A program made the translations under genes and the position numbers. A stretch of DNA of 64,000 nt from assembly GCA_950097015.1 (NCBI GenBank), contig CATNEN010000038.1, positions 23,436,001-23,500,000 on the forward strand, given 5' to 3'. This document shows positions 20,421 through 33,816 of the stretch, one piece after another; the stretch's first letter is position 1, and every line of letters begins with the position of its first letter. Origin of the DNA: Macrostomum hystrix. Taxonomy: Eukaryota; Animalia; Platyhelminthes. The notes beneath the pieces were generated by a model that had not been told where the DNA came from, ran no database searches, and saw nothing but the letters and a program-made list of their open reading frames with translations.

Positions 20421-20734
20421 CTGGTCGGGAATGAGGTTGCTGGTTAGATCGAGTGAGGTGGGTGCCCTGCGTATAAGTTGTGATTGGATGGGGGCAGGCT
20501 AGCTGGAGTGAGGTGGTTGTCCAGGGAATAAGTCGCTATTGGATCGAGGGTTGCTAGTGGCTGGCTTGCTGGAGTGAGATGGGTGTCCAGAGAATAAGAT
20601 GCGATTGGATTGTGGCAGGCTAGCTGGAATGAGGTGGGTGTCCAGGGATAAGATTCTAGATCTTGGGAGTAAGGAGCTTGGGCTTTTGTCACCCCTCTAC
20701 GAGCAATTTAACAGCCATACGGAGCGAAACTCAC

Positions 20735-21299
20735 GTCTCGGTAGCACCGGCGGAGCAGAGGAAGGCTCGCTCATGACGCGAACCTTGGCCAAGTCGAGTC
20801 CCATTTCGTCGGCAAACTGAACTCGTCTTCTCTCGGCTGGTCCTCTAGGGCGGCGGCCCAGTTTGTCAGCCGAATTGCAAGATGCCACTCGGCGCATATC
20901 TTGGCCCTGCTGCTGAGTCTGAGTCTGCTGCAGCAGCTCCTGATGCTCTAGAAATTCATCTCGGTTTTGCAGCCTAGGTAGCTGAAGTTTTTCGCGTTGC
21001 AAATCCGCCTTCTTCTTAGGAAGGCCGTTTTGTTGATTCTTGCTGCTGCTGGACTCATTTTCTTTGAGTTGGAATTGTGTCGTTGGCAGCTTTGACTCTT
21101 TTTGTTGTGTTTCTGTCCAATTATCTTGATTCTTTTTCCTTTTTCCATCTAAACTGTCCAGTCCATTCTGATTCGATTGGTCAAGTTTCTGAAGCTGGTC
21201 CTGCTCCGCTTGAACCACATGCTGTTGCTGTTGTTGCCAATGACAATACTGCGCCTGTTCCACTTGTAAACACCTCAGTTTAGCTTCTAGACAAGACAT
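20735..21299 (-). CDS. PPP1R3: PP1 glycogen-targeting regulatory subunit, exon 1 (Q-rich N-terminus, RVxF motif)
   Basis: RRRVQFADEMGLDLAKVR is a PP1-binding RVxF plus the family FADxxGxxL motif. Donor C|GTGAGT at 20734. Joined CDS is 565+635=1200 nt, i.e. 399 aa plus stop. Confidence 0.88.
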
Positions 21300-22189
21300 G
21301 TTTCACAATGGGTCTAATTGTCATTCAATATACCCTTATTTTCGAGCTAAAATAAACGGTTTTTTAAATAATAAAACAATGACAATGGTTGTAGAGCTTC
21401 TGCGTCTGTATCTACCTGGCTGAGAAATAGCAAATGCATAAATAAACCTGATGAAAACGTATTAAAAATGGTTTGATTGTTGAGCTTGCTACTGTTCAAG
21501 TGTGCAGGCAGGCTGTCTGCAGCTGAATAATGGGGTGAGGCCTACCTACTTAGCCTGAGCAGGAGGCTACCGCGTGCGCGTCACTAAACAAAATCTTGTC
21601 TTTGAAGAGACACAACGAGGGTTCTGCATTAGGGCTGCTCTTGCTTTTTATTTAGTGTTTCTCTGTCCACCGCCTCACCCACTCGCCACGACCCGCCATG
21701 TTGTAACCCTTAGCTTGGGCGAGCGGCCAACCCCACGCCAAGCTGTCGGAATGAAAGAGCAAGCGGCCCGCAGATTTCTATAGTATCGCTTTTCGGAACT
21801 AAATGGCTTAGCTTAGGGTCAGGGTGAGGCATTTTCACGCAGCGGGCAAGTGTTCAGCGGAGGTTGGGGTGGCTAGCGGGTCCAGACTATAGCGGGTTGG
21901 CAAATTGGCAAATGCAAGGGAATCCCGAAGCTATTTTTAGACCACAACTTTTAAGTAGCAGATCAAGGGCTTCAATGAAATTAGACTCTACATTTCACTT
22001 GCAATACACTACTGTTAGTAGGATGACTTTAAAGTCTTTGAATATTTTTTTCGTTTCCATTTTTTCATTTTAGTACTCTTTACAACCAGTTAGTAAGTGA
22101 CTTTTCGTTAACGATTTTATTAGAATCCTGTGATTAGAATCCTGGAATCCTGATACAATCTAGAATCCAAGGATCTGAAATCTGAAATC

Positions 22190-22580
22190 TTCACAGATCT
22201 GAAATCTATATCTGAAATCCTTTCGAATCCTGGGATTCTGAAATCCTTTTGAATCCTGGGATTCTGAAATCCTTTCGAATCCTGGGATTCTGAAATCCTT
22301 TTGAATCCTGGGATTCTGAAATCCTTTTGAATCCTGGGATTCTTAAATCCTTTCGAATCCTGGGATTCTGAAATCCTTTCGAATCCTGGGATTCTGAAAT
22401 CCTTTCGAATCCTGGGATTCTGAAATCCTTTCGAATCCTGGGATTCTGAAATCCTTTCGAATCCCGGGATTCTGAAATCCTTTCGAATCCCGGGATTCTG
22501 AAATCCTTTTGAATCCTGGGATTCTGAAATCCTTTCGAATCCTGGGACTCTTAAATCCTTTCGAATCCTGGGATTCTGAT
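22190..22580. repeat. Minisatellite, 26-nt unit with internal palindrome
   Basis: Tandem GAATCC(T/C)GGGATTCTGAAATCCTTTC. Confidence 0.95.
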
Positions 22581-23189
22581 ACAATGTAGAACCCTGGTAT
22601 AAACTGGTATTTTGGAGTGACCTAAATTATTTGGCGGTTCATCCCAACTGCTCTTGTCAATCAAACTTCAGCCGGATGAGACAAACGGAACAGGAACTAA
22701 AAATGTGTTTTCTAGTTGTCTATCTGGTTTTGCGGCAATGGCGAATCCATTGCTCTATATCTAGCTTGGATTCTGTCGAACTCAATCTCTCTCTGTTAAT
22801 CTCTCTCTGCTAGCGGCCCTATTTTGACAGCTTTTGATCGTTGGCAGGGTTTGTAAGCAAAGGGCAACTAGAAAAACTGTTGCAGAATTCCGGTTGGATC
22901 TTTAAACACTGTGCGGGCATTACGTAACTATGCAGAAGCTGGTCAGTTGCGGTACTGTTACACACTGGTACGCCCATAGCATTTCATCAACTATTTGACC
23001 ACCCTGAGACCCTAGGACCTTGTGAGAATCTAGCTCATAGTTCATTAGAGTATTAGCACTTGCTTCCATGCGTCTCTTTTGCTCTCTGTATGTCCGGCCT
23101 TACTCATCTCCCCTCTACATATTTCTCCCCTCATCTGTCTCCTCTCCTGATCTTTCTCGTATCCTCGTGTTTCTCCACTCCTTATCTCT

Positions 23190-23895
23190 ACTCATCTCTC
23201 TCCTCTGCTCATCTTCCCCTCTCCTGATCTCCCCTCTCCTCATCTCTCCGCTCTCCTCCTCTCTCCGCTCTCCTTACTTCTCCCTTATTTTCATCGCACT
23301 CCTCTCCTCATCTCTCTTTTCTCCTCCTCTCTCTATTCTCCTCCCCTCTCTCTATTCTTCTTATCTCTTTATTCTCCTCATCTCTATATTCTCCTCATCT
23401 CTATATTCTCCTCATCTCTATATTCTCCTCATCTCTATATTCTCCTCATCTCTATATTCTCCTCATCTCTATATTCTCCTCATCTCTATATTCTCCTCAT
23501 CTCTGTATTCTCCTCATCTCTATATTCTCCTCATCTTTCTATTCTCCTCATCTCTCTTCTCCTCATCTCTCTATTATCCTCATCTCTCTATTCTCCTCAT
23601 CTCTCTCTTCTCCTCATCTCTCTATTCTCCTCATCTCTCTATTCTCCTCATCTCTATATTCTGCTCATCTCTCTTCTCCTCATCTCTCTATTCTCCTCAT
23701 CTTTCTATTCTCCTCATCTCTCTTCTCCTCATCTCTCTTCTCCTCATCTCTCTATTCTCCTCATCTTTCTATTCTCCTCATCTCTCTATTCTCCTCATCT
23801 CTCTATTCTCCTCATCTCTCTATTCTCCTCATCTCTCTATTATCCTCATCTCTCTATTCTCCTCATCTCTCTATTCTCCTCATCTCTATACTCTC
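23190..23895. repeat. Pyrimidine-rich minisatellite, 17-nt unit
   Basis: Tandem CTCCTCATCTCT(A/C)TATT. Confidence 0.93.
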
Positions 23896-24267
23896 CTTAT
23901 TTTGCCCGTCCTCTCATCTTTCCATATGCTCAGAATTTTAATATTTGTGTCGTTTAACCTTTTCAAACTCGAATCTCGTCAAAATCTGATGGCTCATGAG
24001 CATGCAAGAGACTTGTATTTTTATAATTGAAGCTTGAATTTTCAATGAATTAAATTGGCCTTATTTGTCGTTAACTAGTCGGAAGTCTTTAAAATCATAT
24101 ATAACCTTGCCTAAAAATCTAATTAAAGTCGTGAGTGAGCATCTGAATTACTTTATTATTGCACTTCATTAAATTCCTAAATCTTGTCAGAAATTGTTAG
24201 TTGAAAATATTCTTATACAATATTTTACTATGAATTTTTACCCTTTACGTCTATGCTCTGAAATGAT

Positions 24268-24900
24268 CTTTCTACCCCTACTTGTCTTCCTACCCCTCCT
24301 TGTCTTCCTACCCCTCCTTGTCTTCCTACCCCTCCTTGTCTTCCTACCCCTCCTTGTCTTCCTACCCCTCCTTGTCTTCCTACCCCTCCTTGTATTTCCA
24401 TTCTTCCTTGCCTTTCTACCCCTCCTTGTATTTCTACCCCTCCTTGTATTTCTACCCCTCTTCGTATTTCTAATCCTCATCTTCCTACCATCCTTGTATT
24501 TCTATCCCCTTGTATTTCTATCCCCTTGTATTTCTTCCCCTCCTTGTCTTCCTACCCCTCCTTGTCTTTCTACCCCTCCTTGTCTTTCTAACCCTCCTTG
24601 TCTTTCTACCCCTCCTTGTCTTTCTACCCCTCCTTGTCTTTCTACCCCTCCTTGTCTTTCTACCCCTCCTTGTCTTTCTACCCCTCCTTGTCTTTCTACC
24701 CCTCCTTGTCTTTCTACCCCTCCTTGTCTTTCTACCCCTCCTTGTCTTTCTACCCCTCCTTGTCTTTCTACCCCTCCTTGTCTTTCTACCCCTCCTTGTC
24801 TTTCTACCCCTCCTTGTCTTTCCACCCCTTGTATTCCTACCGCTCCTGGTCTTTCTACCCTTTCTTGTCTTTCTACCCCTCCCTTGCATTTCTACCCCTA
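24268..24900. repeat. Minisatellite, 18-nt unit
   Basis: Tandem CTTGTCTT(T/C)CTACCCCTC. Confidence 0.95.
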
Positions 24901-25499
24901 CATCTTACCTTTCCATCTCTCAGTACTCGCATCTATGTTATTTTCTCAATCAAAAATACTCAGAGTTATTTCAAGCTCACACTAATTCCGTCGCAGAGTT
25001 TTCTTGACGCAAATAATTATTCTCGCTGGCCTACGTGTAGTTTCTGTTCCCCAAAAATAGCAGCGTGCGCGACAGATTTTCCCTAGCGCCGTTTCCTTTC
25101 TGATCAGACAGCCAACCCTTTCATAAAGCCAGCACCATCTATAAATTACTGCAGCTGCTCTCTTTAAGGGGCCTACCCAAAAAACCGAGCTTGTCCTTCC
25201 TGTTGCTCGTTTGAGATGTGTTTTCTGACTGCATTTCCGACAGCCCTCCTGGAGCTTGAGTTCAGCTCTGCTCTCACGTGCCCTCGTAAATATTGCTCGA
25301 AAGGCCCTGTTAGGCCCTTATAAGAATAAGCTTAGCTATTATGCATGCATAAAACATATAGGAAATCAATGAGCCAGCTCTCCTATGCAGTGTCAGCGGG
25401 ATGATTATCAAGGGGTCACAAAGCTGATTTGGATCGAATATGGACAGTGGAGAATGAAATACTGTTAGGAAAATATTTGACGGCCGAGGAAGGAGGTTA

Positions 25500-26110
25500 A
25501 ATGGGGAGAGGAGCAGGGAGAAGAAGGGGAGAGAAACAGGGAGAAGAATGGGAGAGGAATAGGGAGAAGAATGGGAGAGGAATAGGGAGAAGAATGGGAG
25601 AGGAACAGGGAGAAGAATGGGAGAGGAATAGGGAGAAGAATGGGAGAGGAACAGGGAGGAAAACAGGGAGAGGAACAGAGAGAGGAACAGGGAGAAGAAT
25701 GGGAGAAGAACAGGGAGAAGAATGGGAGAGGAACAGGGAGAAGAATGGGAGGAGAATGGGAGAAGAATGGGAGAGAAACAGGGAGAAGAATGGGAGAGGA
25801 ACAGGGAGGAGAACAGGGAGAGGAACAGGGAGAAGAATGGGAGAAGAACAGGGAGAAGAATGGAAGAAGAACAGGGAGAAGAACAGGGAGGAGAACAGGG
25901 AGAGGAACAGGGAGAAGAACAGGGAGAAAAACAGGGAGAAGAACAGGGAGGAGAACAGGGAGAAGAACAGGAAGAGGAACAGGGAGAAGAACAGGGAGGA
26001 GAACAGGAAGAGGAACAGGGAGAAGAACAGGGAGGAGAACAGGGAGAAGAACAGGGAGAAGAATGGGAGAGGAACAGGAAGAAGAAGGGGAGAGGGAGAG
26101 GAAGAGGAAG
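25500..26110. repeat. Purine-rich minisatellite, 11-12-nt subunits
   Basis: Tandem GAACAGGGAGAA and GAATGGGAGAG. Confidence 0.93.
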
Positions 26111-26656
26111 TGGGATAACAAGGGAGGTAGATAAATCTGAGTAGAATGTGTGCGGTGGAGGAAAAAAAGGATGCAATCTTCAGAAAATCGATAAAGAGCA
26201 AAAAATATTTTTAAGAAAATTTCATATGCCTGCCAAATATTTCATTTCATTTTCTGTTAATCTTTTAAATGCCAAGTCAAAGTTTTTTAGTTGATTTTCT
26301 TTGGCCTGCTAAACTTGACAGAATTGTGATATTCGTCAGTCAGGAGTTTGGTAGATTTTCGTTCGCAAACATATTTTACAAGTAGGAAGAAAGGATTTTT
26401 ACAGCCGCCTTGGACCCACTTGAGAAATTTTCTGGTTTTTGGTTAAAAAATGTCCAACGTGCGGAACATTAGCCTACATCTGTACACGGGGGGCATTGTA
26501 ATTGTCATTTTGTGACCAGTTACTAAATTGGCACACATTCCAGATGCATCATTGAGGGACAACGAAAGAATGACCGCATAGTGTCACAGAATGCGTCTCT
26601 TGGACTGATCTTTCGCACATCATACTGAACATTCCGGTCTGCCAGGCCTGTGAAAA

Positions 26657-27586
26657 TTGAAGGGAGGATGTTCGGAACGAAGGGAGGATGTTCGGAATGA
26701 AGGGGGTATTCGGAATGAAGGGAGGATATTCAGAATAAAGGGAGGATATTCGGAATGAAGGTAGGATATATGGAATGAAGGGAGGATATATGGAATGAAG
26801 GTGGGATATATGGAACGAAGGTAGGATATATGGAATGAAGGTAGGATATATGGAATGAAGGTGGGATATATGGAATGAAGGTGGGATATATGGAATGAAG
26901 GTAGGATATATGGAATGAAGGGAGGATATATGGAATGAAGGTGGGATATATGGAATGAAGGTGGGATATATGGAATGAAGGGAGGATATATGGAATGAAG
27001 GGAGGATATATGGAATGAAGGGAGGATATATGGAATGAAGGTGGGATATATGGAATGAAGGGAGGATATATGGAATGAAGGTGGGATATATGGAATGAAG
27101 GTGGGATATATGGAATGAAGGGAGGATATATGGAATGAAGGGAGGATATATGGAATGAAGGGAGGATATATGGAATGAAGGTAGGATATATGGAATGAAG
27201 GGAGGATATATGGAATGAAGGTAGGATATATGGAATGAAGGGAGGATATATGGAATGAAGGTAGGATATATGGAATGAAGGGAGGATATATGGAATGAAG
27301 GTGGGATATATGGAATGAAAGTAGGATATATGGAATGAAGGTGGGATATATGGAATGAAGGTGGGATATATGGAATGAAGGTGGGATATATGGAATGAAG
27401 GTAGGATATATGGAATGAAGGGAGGATATATGGAATGAAGGGAGGGTGTTCGGAATGAAGGGAGGATGTTCGGAATGAAGGAGGATATATGGAATGAAGG
27501 TAGGATATATGGAATGAAGGGAGGGTGTTCGGAATGAAGGGAGGGTGTTCGGAATGAAGGGAGGATATATGGAATGAAGGTGGGAT
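26657..27586. repeat. Minisatellite, 20-nt unit
   Basis: Tandem G(TA/GA/TG)GGATATATGGAATGAAG. Confidence 0.96.
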
Positions 27587-28167
27587 AGCAAAATTTGATG
27601 TGAAAAGATATGTAATGCGAATGATGCTGGCATTCTCACTATGGCAGAATATTGTGTTTTCGGTTGTACGAGTAGAATAACAATTCAAACAAGACAAAGT
27701 TTATCAATTCCCGCAACATTTTCTCTGTTGAATGCGCTGCCAATGAGTCACATGCCACGTGCTTGGTTACTAACAGCTGTTTCTGGGTTGGGTCAATCTG
27801 AAACCCTTTTCTAGGCTCGTATGCCTAGATGAATATGCATTCTACCGTGTTTGAAGCACCCAATAAATGTATTAGGGAATGTGTAATTGATTTGGCTTTA
27901 GTGCGAAATAATAAACTACAAAACTGCAGCTACATCTGTGTGACCTTGCGGGTCATCCGGATTAGCTGAGGTCGCAAGAGTTGGATTAAGTGCGAATTAC
28001 TGAGTCACATGAGAGCACTTACAGTTACAAGCATCCTAGCTGTGATCCATCGATCAGCTGCGATGTCTTGCAAACTGTGACAATGTTGAAGTTGTCAGAC
28101 AACAGTTCTCTAAAACTGTTTATCTCATAGACCATGCGCCTCTACAGATCTGAGTTCCCTGACCCTC

Positions 28168-29305
28168 GCAGCCTTACCTGTCTCTCCGTTCCTCATACCT
28201 CTCTTAGCCTTACCTGTCTCTCCGTTCCTCATACCTCACTTAGCCTTACAGCTGTCCCTCTGTTCCTCATACCTCTCTTAGCCTTACCTGTCTCTCCGTT
28301 CCTCATACCTCACTTAGCCTTACCTGTCCCTCTGTTCCTCATACCTCTCTTAGCCTTACCTGTCTCTCCGTTCCTCATACCTCACTTAGCCTTACCTGTC
28401 TCTCCGTTCCTCCTACCTCTCTTAGCCTTACCTGTCCCTCCGTTCCTCATATCTCTCTTAGCCTTACCTGTCTCTCCGTTCCTCATACCTCTCTTAGCCT
28501 TACCTGTCTCTCCGTTCCTCATACCTCACTTAGCCTTACCTGTCCCTCTGTTCCTCATACCTCTCTTAGCCTTACCTGTCTCTCCGTTCCTCATACCTCA
28601 CTTAGCCTTACCTGTCCCTCTGTTCCTCATACCTCTCTTAGCCTTACCTGTCTCTCCGTTCCTCATACCTCACTTAGCCTTACCTGTCTCTCCGTTCCTC
28701 CTACCTCTCTTAGCCTTACCTGTCTCTCCGTTCCTCCTACCTCCCTCTCTTAGCCTTACCTGTCTCTCCGTTCCTCATACCTCTCTTAGCCTTACCTGTC
28801 CCTCCGTTCCTCATATCTCTCTTAGCCTTACCTGTCTCTCCGTTCCTCATACCTCTCTTAGCCTTACCTGTCTCTCCGTTCCTCATACCTCACTTAGCCT
28901 TACCTGTCCCTCTGTTCCTCATACCTCTCTTAGCCTTACCTGTCTCTCCGTTCCTCATACCTCACTTAGCCTTACCTGTCCCTCTGTTCCTCATACCTCT
29001 CTTAGCCTTACCTGTCTCTCCGTTCCTCATACCTCACTTAGCCTTACCTGTCTCTCCGTTCCTCCTACCTCTCTTAGCCTTACCTGTCTCTCCGTTCCTC
29101 CTACCTCACTCTCTTAGCCTTACCTGTCTCTCCGTTCCTCATACCTCTCTTAGCCTTACCTGTCCCTCCGTTCCTCATATCTCTCTTAGCCTTACCTGTC
29201 TCTCCGTTCCTCATACCTCTCTTAGCCTTACCTGTCTCTCCGTTCCTCATATCTCTCGCATCCTTACCTGTCTCTCAGTTCCTCATATCCCTCTCAACCT
29301 TACAG
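28168..29305. repeat. Minisatellite, 36-nt unit
   Basis: Tandem TTAGCCTTACCTGTCTCTCCGTTCCTCATACCTCTC. Confidence 0.96.
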
Positions 29306-30552
29306 CTCTCGTACATCTCTCACTCTACTTGCATAACGCCGTAGGGTTTGATTATTATTATTAATAAAATATACTTATTTCGATAAGTTAATGTACAATT
29401 ACAAAATTATGACTTTGTATTTGCATATTTCAGATATAAAGAAGACCAGAAGATTATAATTTTTTCTTAAAAAATGGCAATAGCGGCTTAACTTCAAACA
29501 ATCTAAGAGTCTAAAATTATCCGATGATGCTGTAATAAAATAAAACTTTGAATCGCCCGCGATCTAATTTTATTTGGCCCTTTAAAGATAAGCCCCCCTC
29601 ACACCTCAGCCAGGTGCAGACAGACCCAACATTCCAGCAGCTATTTTGCACGGCACACAGTCAACCTGAAATTCCATTATCCGTCCTAATGTGCCTCTCT
29701 ATGTTAAAGGCTTAACGGATAATTCCTTTTTTCAGACACGCCAGTCGAAAGGTGCGAAAAAGTATTTGACACCTTGGCTAGTAGATTAAATGAGCTTTGT
29801 ATTAAAACTCTTCAAAGGAGTCCCGCTGTTCATGCACAGAAATTCAAGGTGCACAGACTATTTTTTTAAAGATTAACCTTTAGCCATGAAATTCGTTCAA
29901 AAGTTTCATTTGCACAGATTCTAAGAAATCTATTTGCGAGAACAGTAAGCTATTAATTAATCTTAGCTGACTAAATCAAGGATTTGAATCCCAACACCCG
30001 AATGACTGACGCACAGATCGCCTCTCTGGCATAACTAAAGGTAAAAATCGTTTTATATATCTGATCTATCTATTATCTACCAGTGAAATGAAGTGCCTTT
30101 GTGAAAAAAAATAGGCCCGTTACTTTGACTTGTCAATCTTTCGATTCAGCCTCCTAAATAGAATAATAAGCCTTGAATGTGGAGTCCTTAGCAGCACACA
30201 CCCAAGTGCAGTGAGCGTCAACAGATGGGTGCTCAAAATTGCCGGCCTGAGTTCTCTGCAATCCGGCAGTCCTTTCTGCCTCTTAATTTTTCCAAAGTAG
30301 AGGGGAAGGATGTGATTGCATAATCGCATGGGACAGTAGAGATCGCGGGGAAGCACAACTGAATCACTTCCTTCCCGACATATTTCTCCTTCTTTTTTCC
30401 CTTTCGTTATTTAAACGCGCATTTTTAAATGGCAAGCGAGACAGATTAAAGCAATTTTGTATAATATATCATGACTCAGCAGCAGACTCTGCTGATAATT
30501 AAAACACTAACCTAATGAGCAGGCAATCCTTGGTTTGACTATTATCACTTTC

Positions 30553-31803
30553 ACTGACTCTCAGTTGTCTCTCTCTGACTCTCAGCCGTGTCTTTCTGAC
30601 TCTCAGCCGTGTCTCTCTGATTCTCAGCAGTGTCTCTCTGACTCAGCAGTGTCTCTCTGACTCTCAGCCGTGTCTCTCTGATTCTCAGCAGTGTCTCTCT
30701 GATTCTCAGCTGTGTCTCTCTGATTCTCAGCTGTGTCTCTCTGACTCTCAGCCGTGTCTCTCTGACTCTCAGCCGTGTCTCTCTGATTCTCAGCAGTGTC
30801 TCTCTGACTCTCAGCAGTGTCTCTCTGATTCTCAGCAGTGTCTTTCTGATTCTCAGCTGTGTCTCTCTGACTCTCAGCCGTGTCTCTCTGACTCTCAGCC
30901 GTGTCTCTCTGATTCTCAGCAGTGTCTCTCTGATTCTCAGCTGTGTCTCTCTGATTCTCAGCAGTGTCTTTCTGATTCTCAGCTGTGTCTCTCTGACTCT
31001 CAGCCGTGTCTCTCTGACTCTCAGCCGTGTCTCTCTGATTCTCAGCAGTGTCTCTCTGACTCTCAGCCGTGTCTCTCTGATTCTCAGCAGTGTCTCTCTG
31101 ATTCTCAGCTGTGTCTCTCTGACTCTCAGCTGTGTCTCTCTGATTCTCAGCTGTGTCTCTCTGATTCTCAGCTGTGTCTCTCTGACTCTCAGCCGTGTCT
31201 CTCTGACTCTCAGCCGTGTCTCTCTGATTCTCAGCAGTGTCTCTCTGACTCTCAGCAGTGTCTCTCTGATTCTCAGCAGTGTCTCTCTGACTCTCAGCCG
31301 TGTCTCTCTGACTCTCAGCCGTGTCTCTCTGACTCTCAGCCGTGTCTCTCTGACTCTCAGCCGTGTCTCTCTGACTCTCAGCAGTGTCTCTCTGATTCTC
31401 AGCAGTGTCTCTCTGATTCTCAGCTGTGTCTCTCTGACTCTCAGCCGTGTCTCTCTGACTCTCAGCCGTGTCTCTCTGACTCTCACCGTGTCTCTCTGAT
31501 TCTCAGCTGTGTCTCTCTGACTCTCAGCTGTGTCTCTCTGATTCTCAGCAGTGTCTCTCTGACTCTCAGCAGTGTCTCTCTGATTCTCAGCAGTGTCTTT
31601 CTGATTCTCAGCCGTGTCTCTCTGACTCTCAGCTGTGTCTCTCTGACTCTCAGCCGTGTCTCTCTGATTCTCAGCCGTGTCTCTCTGATTCTCAGCTGTG
31701 TCTTTCTGATTCTCAGCCGTGTCTCTCTGATTCTCAGCCGTGTCTCTCTGACTCTCAGCAGTGTCTCTCTGACCCTCAGCTGTGTCTCTCTGACTCTCAC
31801 CAT
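30553..31803. repeat. Minisatellite, 21-nt unit
   Basis: Tandem GTGTCTCTCTGA(C/T)TCTCAGC(C/A/T). Confidence 0.96.
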
Positions 31804-32329
31804 GTCTGATCATCTCTATTCTGGAAGAGATGTGAACTATGTTTCTATTTTCGAATCAGACCACACTCGAGTAGAGTTGCAGCGAGTGCATCTGGCATGA
31901 CGAGTTTTTACTTATCTAAAGCCAAATTTGCTCATAAAGGTTCAAGGCACGGCCTGAGAATATTTTCCGGCATCTTTGAAGCGAGAAAGGTGTTTTCCAG
32001 CATCTGAGACGCGCTGGAATTCAGCATCAGGAAATAGCTACTCAAAAGGTGTGCTCAAATACTCCTATTGGAGACCGAAGCGTTATTATTTCTCTGCTTT
32101 GAAAGCAACTTGAGAATTACCTTTGTCAAAGCTAGGCTTAGAGAAGTTTTAGAGCAGCTTCGCAGGTAATCTCAGTTGTTTAAAACTTCTGAATCCGTTG
32201 TTGAGTCCATGATGAGTTTGCAATCTGACCATATGAGTGTACTTTCTTTTAGGCAGGTGCAACATAATTATATGGCTTGGTGGAGTTTTATGCTCGTAGG
32301 TTCGAGAAATTTCTCTATGCAAGAACTCG

Positions 32330-32445
32330 CAGCTATGTGCTCAGAGTGTAGGACTTCTAACTAAGAGGTCGTGAGTTCGACCCAAATTTGAACCCTAAAG
32401 AAGACAATTTTTGTCCTTGAGCAAGAGTAGACGCTTAATCCCTTA
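32330..32445 (+). mobile_element. V-SINE-like fragment, probably same family as 19478-19608
   Basis: GGACTTCTAACTAAGAGGTCGTGAGTTCGACC (B-box) followed by TGTCCTTGAGCAAG (32412-32425). Confidence 0.5.
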
Positions 32446-33585
32446 CCTTTGAATAGTAGGGCCACTGCCACTAGAAATGTGTCATTTCGTTTCTACCGAG
32501 CTGTGTCTCTAAGTGAAATGGAAAATTTCATTTTCAAGTTTTTATATGGCACAGAGTTGCTTAGCTAACAGACTGACTCTGAATGGAGCTTTAGCGGAGG
32601 TATAGATTTCCACGATTTACTCAGGTAGTGTTAACTATGCTAGTCGATATGTAATCGTTTCGTACCCAAGATGATGCTGATGACTCACAAGTTCTGTAAA
32701 AAAACAGTTTTTCTAATTCCGAAGTTCACTAGACCACTATTTGAGACGGGGGGGTATGAGAGGGTCTCAGACTCTCAGCCTTAATATCGACCTGGAAGTA
32801 GCTCAGAGTCTGTGCCGCATATCTATAGCTTCCCTTACAGCTTCATCTTCACCGTGTTGTCCCCGATCTCGATATTCAAGCGATCTAAGATCCGCCCCTG
32901 CTGAGAAATAAAACAGAACACACAGACCCGCGTGTTCCACTTCTTTTCTTATTAAACAAGAGCTGATAGGGAAGGACTCGTCTATGCTCAGTGGAACTTT
33001 GAGGACACGCCAACCCTGCCGGCAAGATGGGGGGGGAATCATCCCTCCTAGATTGCGTAATCCTGCAGCCTCCTTGAAATTCCGCTGCCAAAAAAACTTG
33101 CCCCAATCTTGGGGATCTTGCCCAGAGTGTGTAGATGAACTCCACCCAAAGCCTTCGTTGAGCTTCCAGAATCTCTTCGCCATCATCTGCTCCGAAGCCC
33201 CTCTGGCCCTCTTAGCGACCCGAAGCTCTCTCTCACACACGCACACTTGCCCTTGTGGGTATGAAATAAGCCGGTATTGGGCCGTGTTTCTGCGGTGGCC
33301 AAATTGAAAAAAAGAAGTTTTCCATTAAGACTTTCCACCTGGTAGTAAAAAGCGATGTCGCTTGCGTGTCTTTTTATATTACTGTAAGTTCATCTGGGTC
33401 CACTTCGAGTCTATATTTCGACCATCTCTCTATATCAGTGTCTACAAGAATATGTTTCCGTTAGCATCTCTGCCTCAGACGAAGGTATCTGCTTGATTTT
33501 TCACCCAGTGAAGATTTTACTGCGCTTATAACACCTTCGCCTCAACTTCTCTATCCTTCGTCTACGCAGGAGACGAACTGATAAT

Positions 33586-33816
33586 TCTCTCCTCTCCTCT
33601 CCTCTCCTCTCCTCTCCTCTCCTTTCGTCTCCTCTCCTCTCCTCTCCTCTCCTCTCCTCTCCTCTCCTCTCCTCTCCTCTCCTCTCCTCTCCTCTCGTCT
33701 CCTCTCGTCTCCTCTCGTCTCCTCTCGTCTCCTCTCGTCTCCTCTCCTCTCCTCTCCTCTCCTCTTTTCTCCTCTCCTCTTTTCTCCTATCCTTTCCTCT
33801 CCTCTCCTCCCTCTCA
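33586..33816. repeat. (CCTCT)n pentanucleotide microsatellite
   Basis: Tandem CTCTC/CTCGT pentamers. Confidence 0.95.

Noticed and set aside
19759-20434. Plus-strand ORFs 19759-20214 and 20156-20434
   Set aside because: Antisense shadows of the PPP1R3 CBM21 exon.
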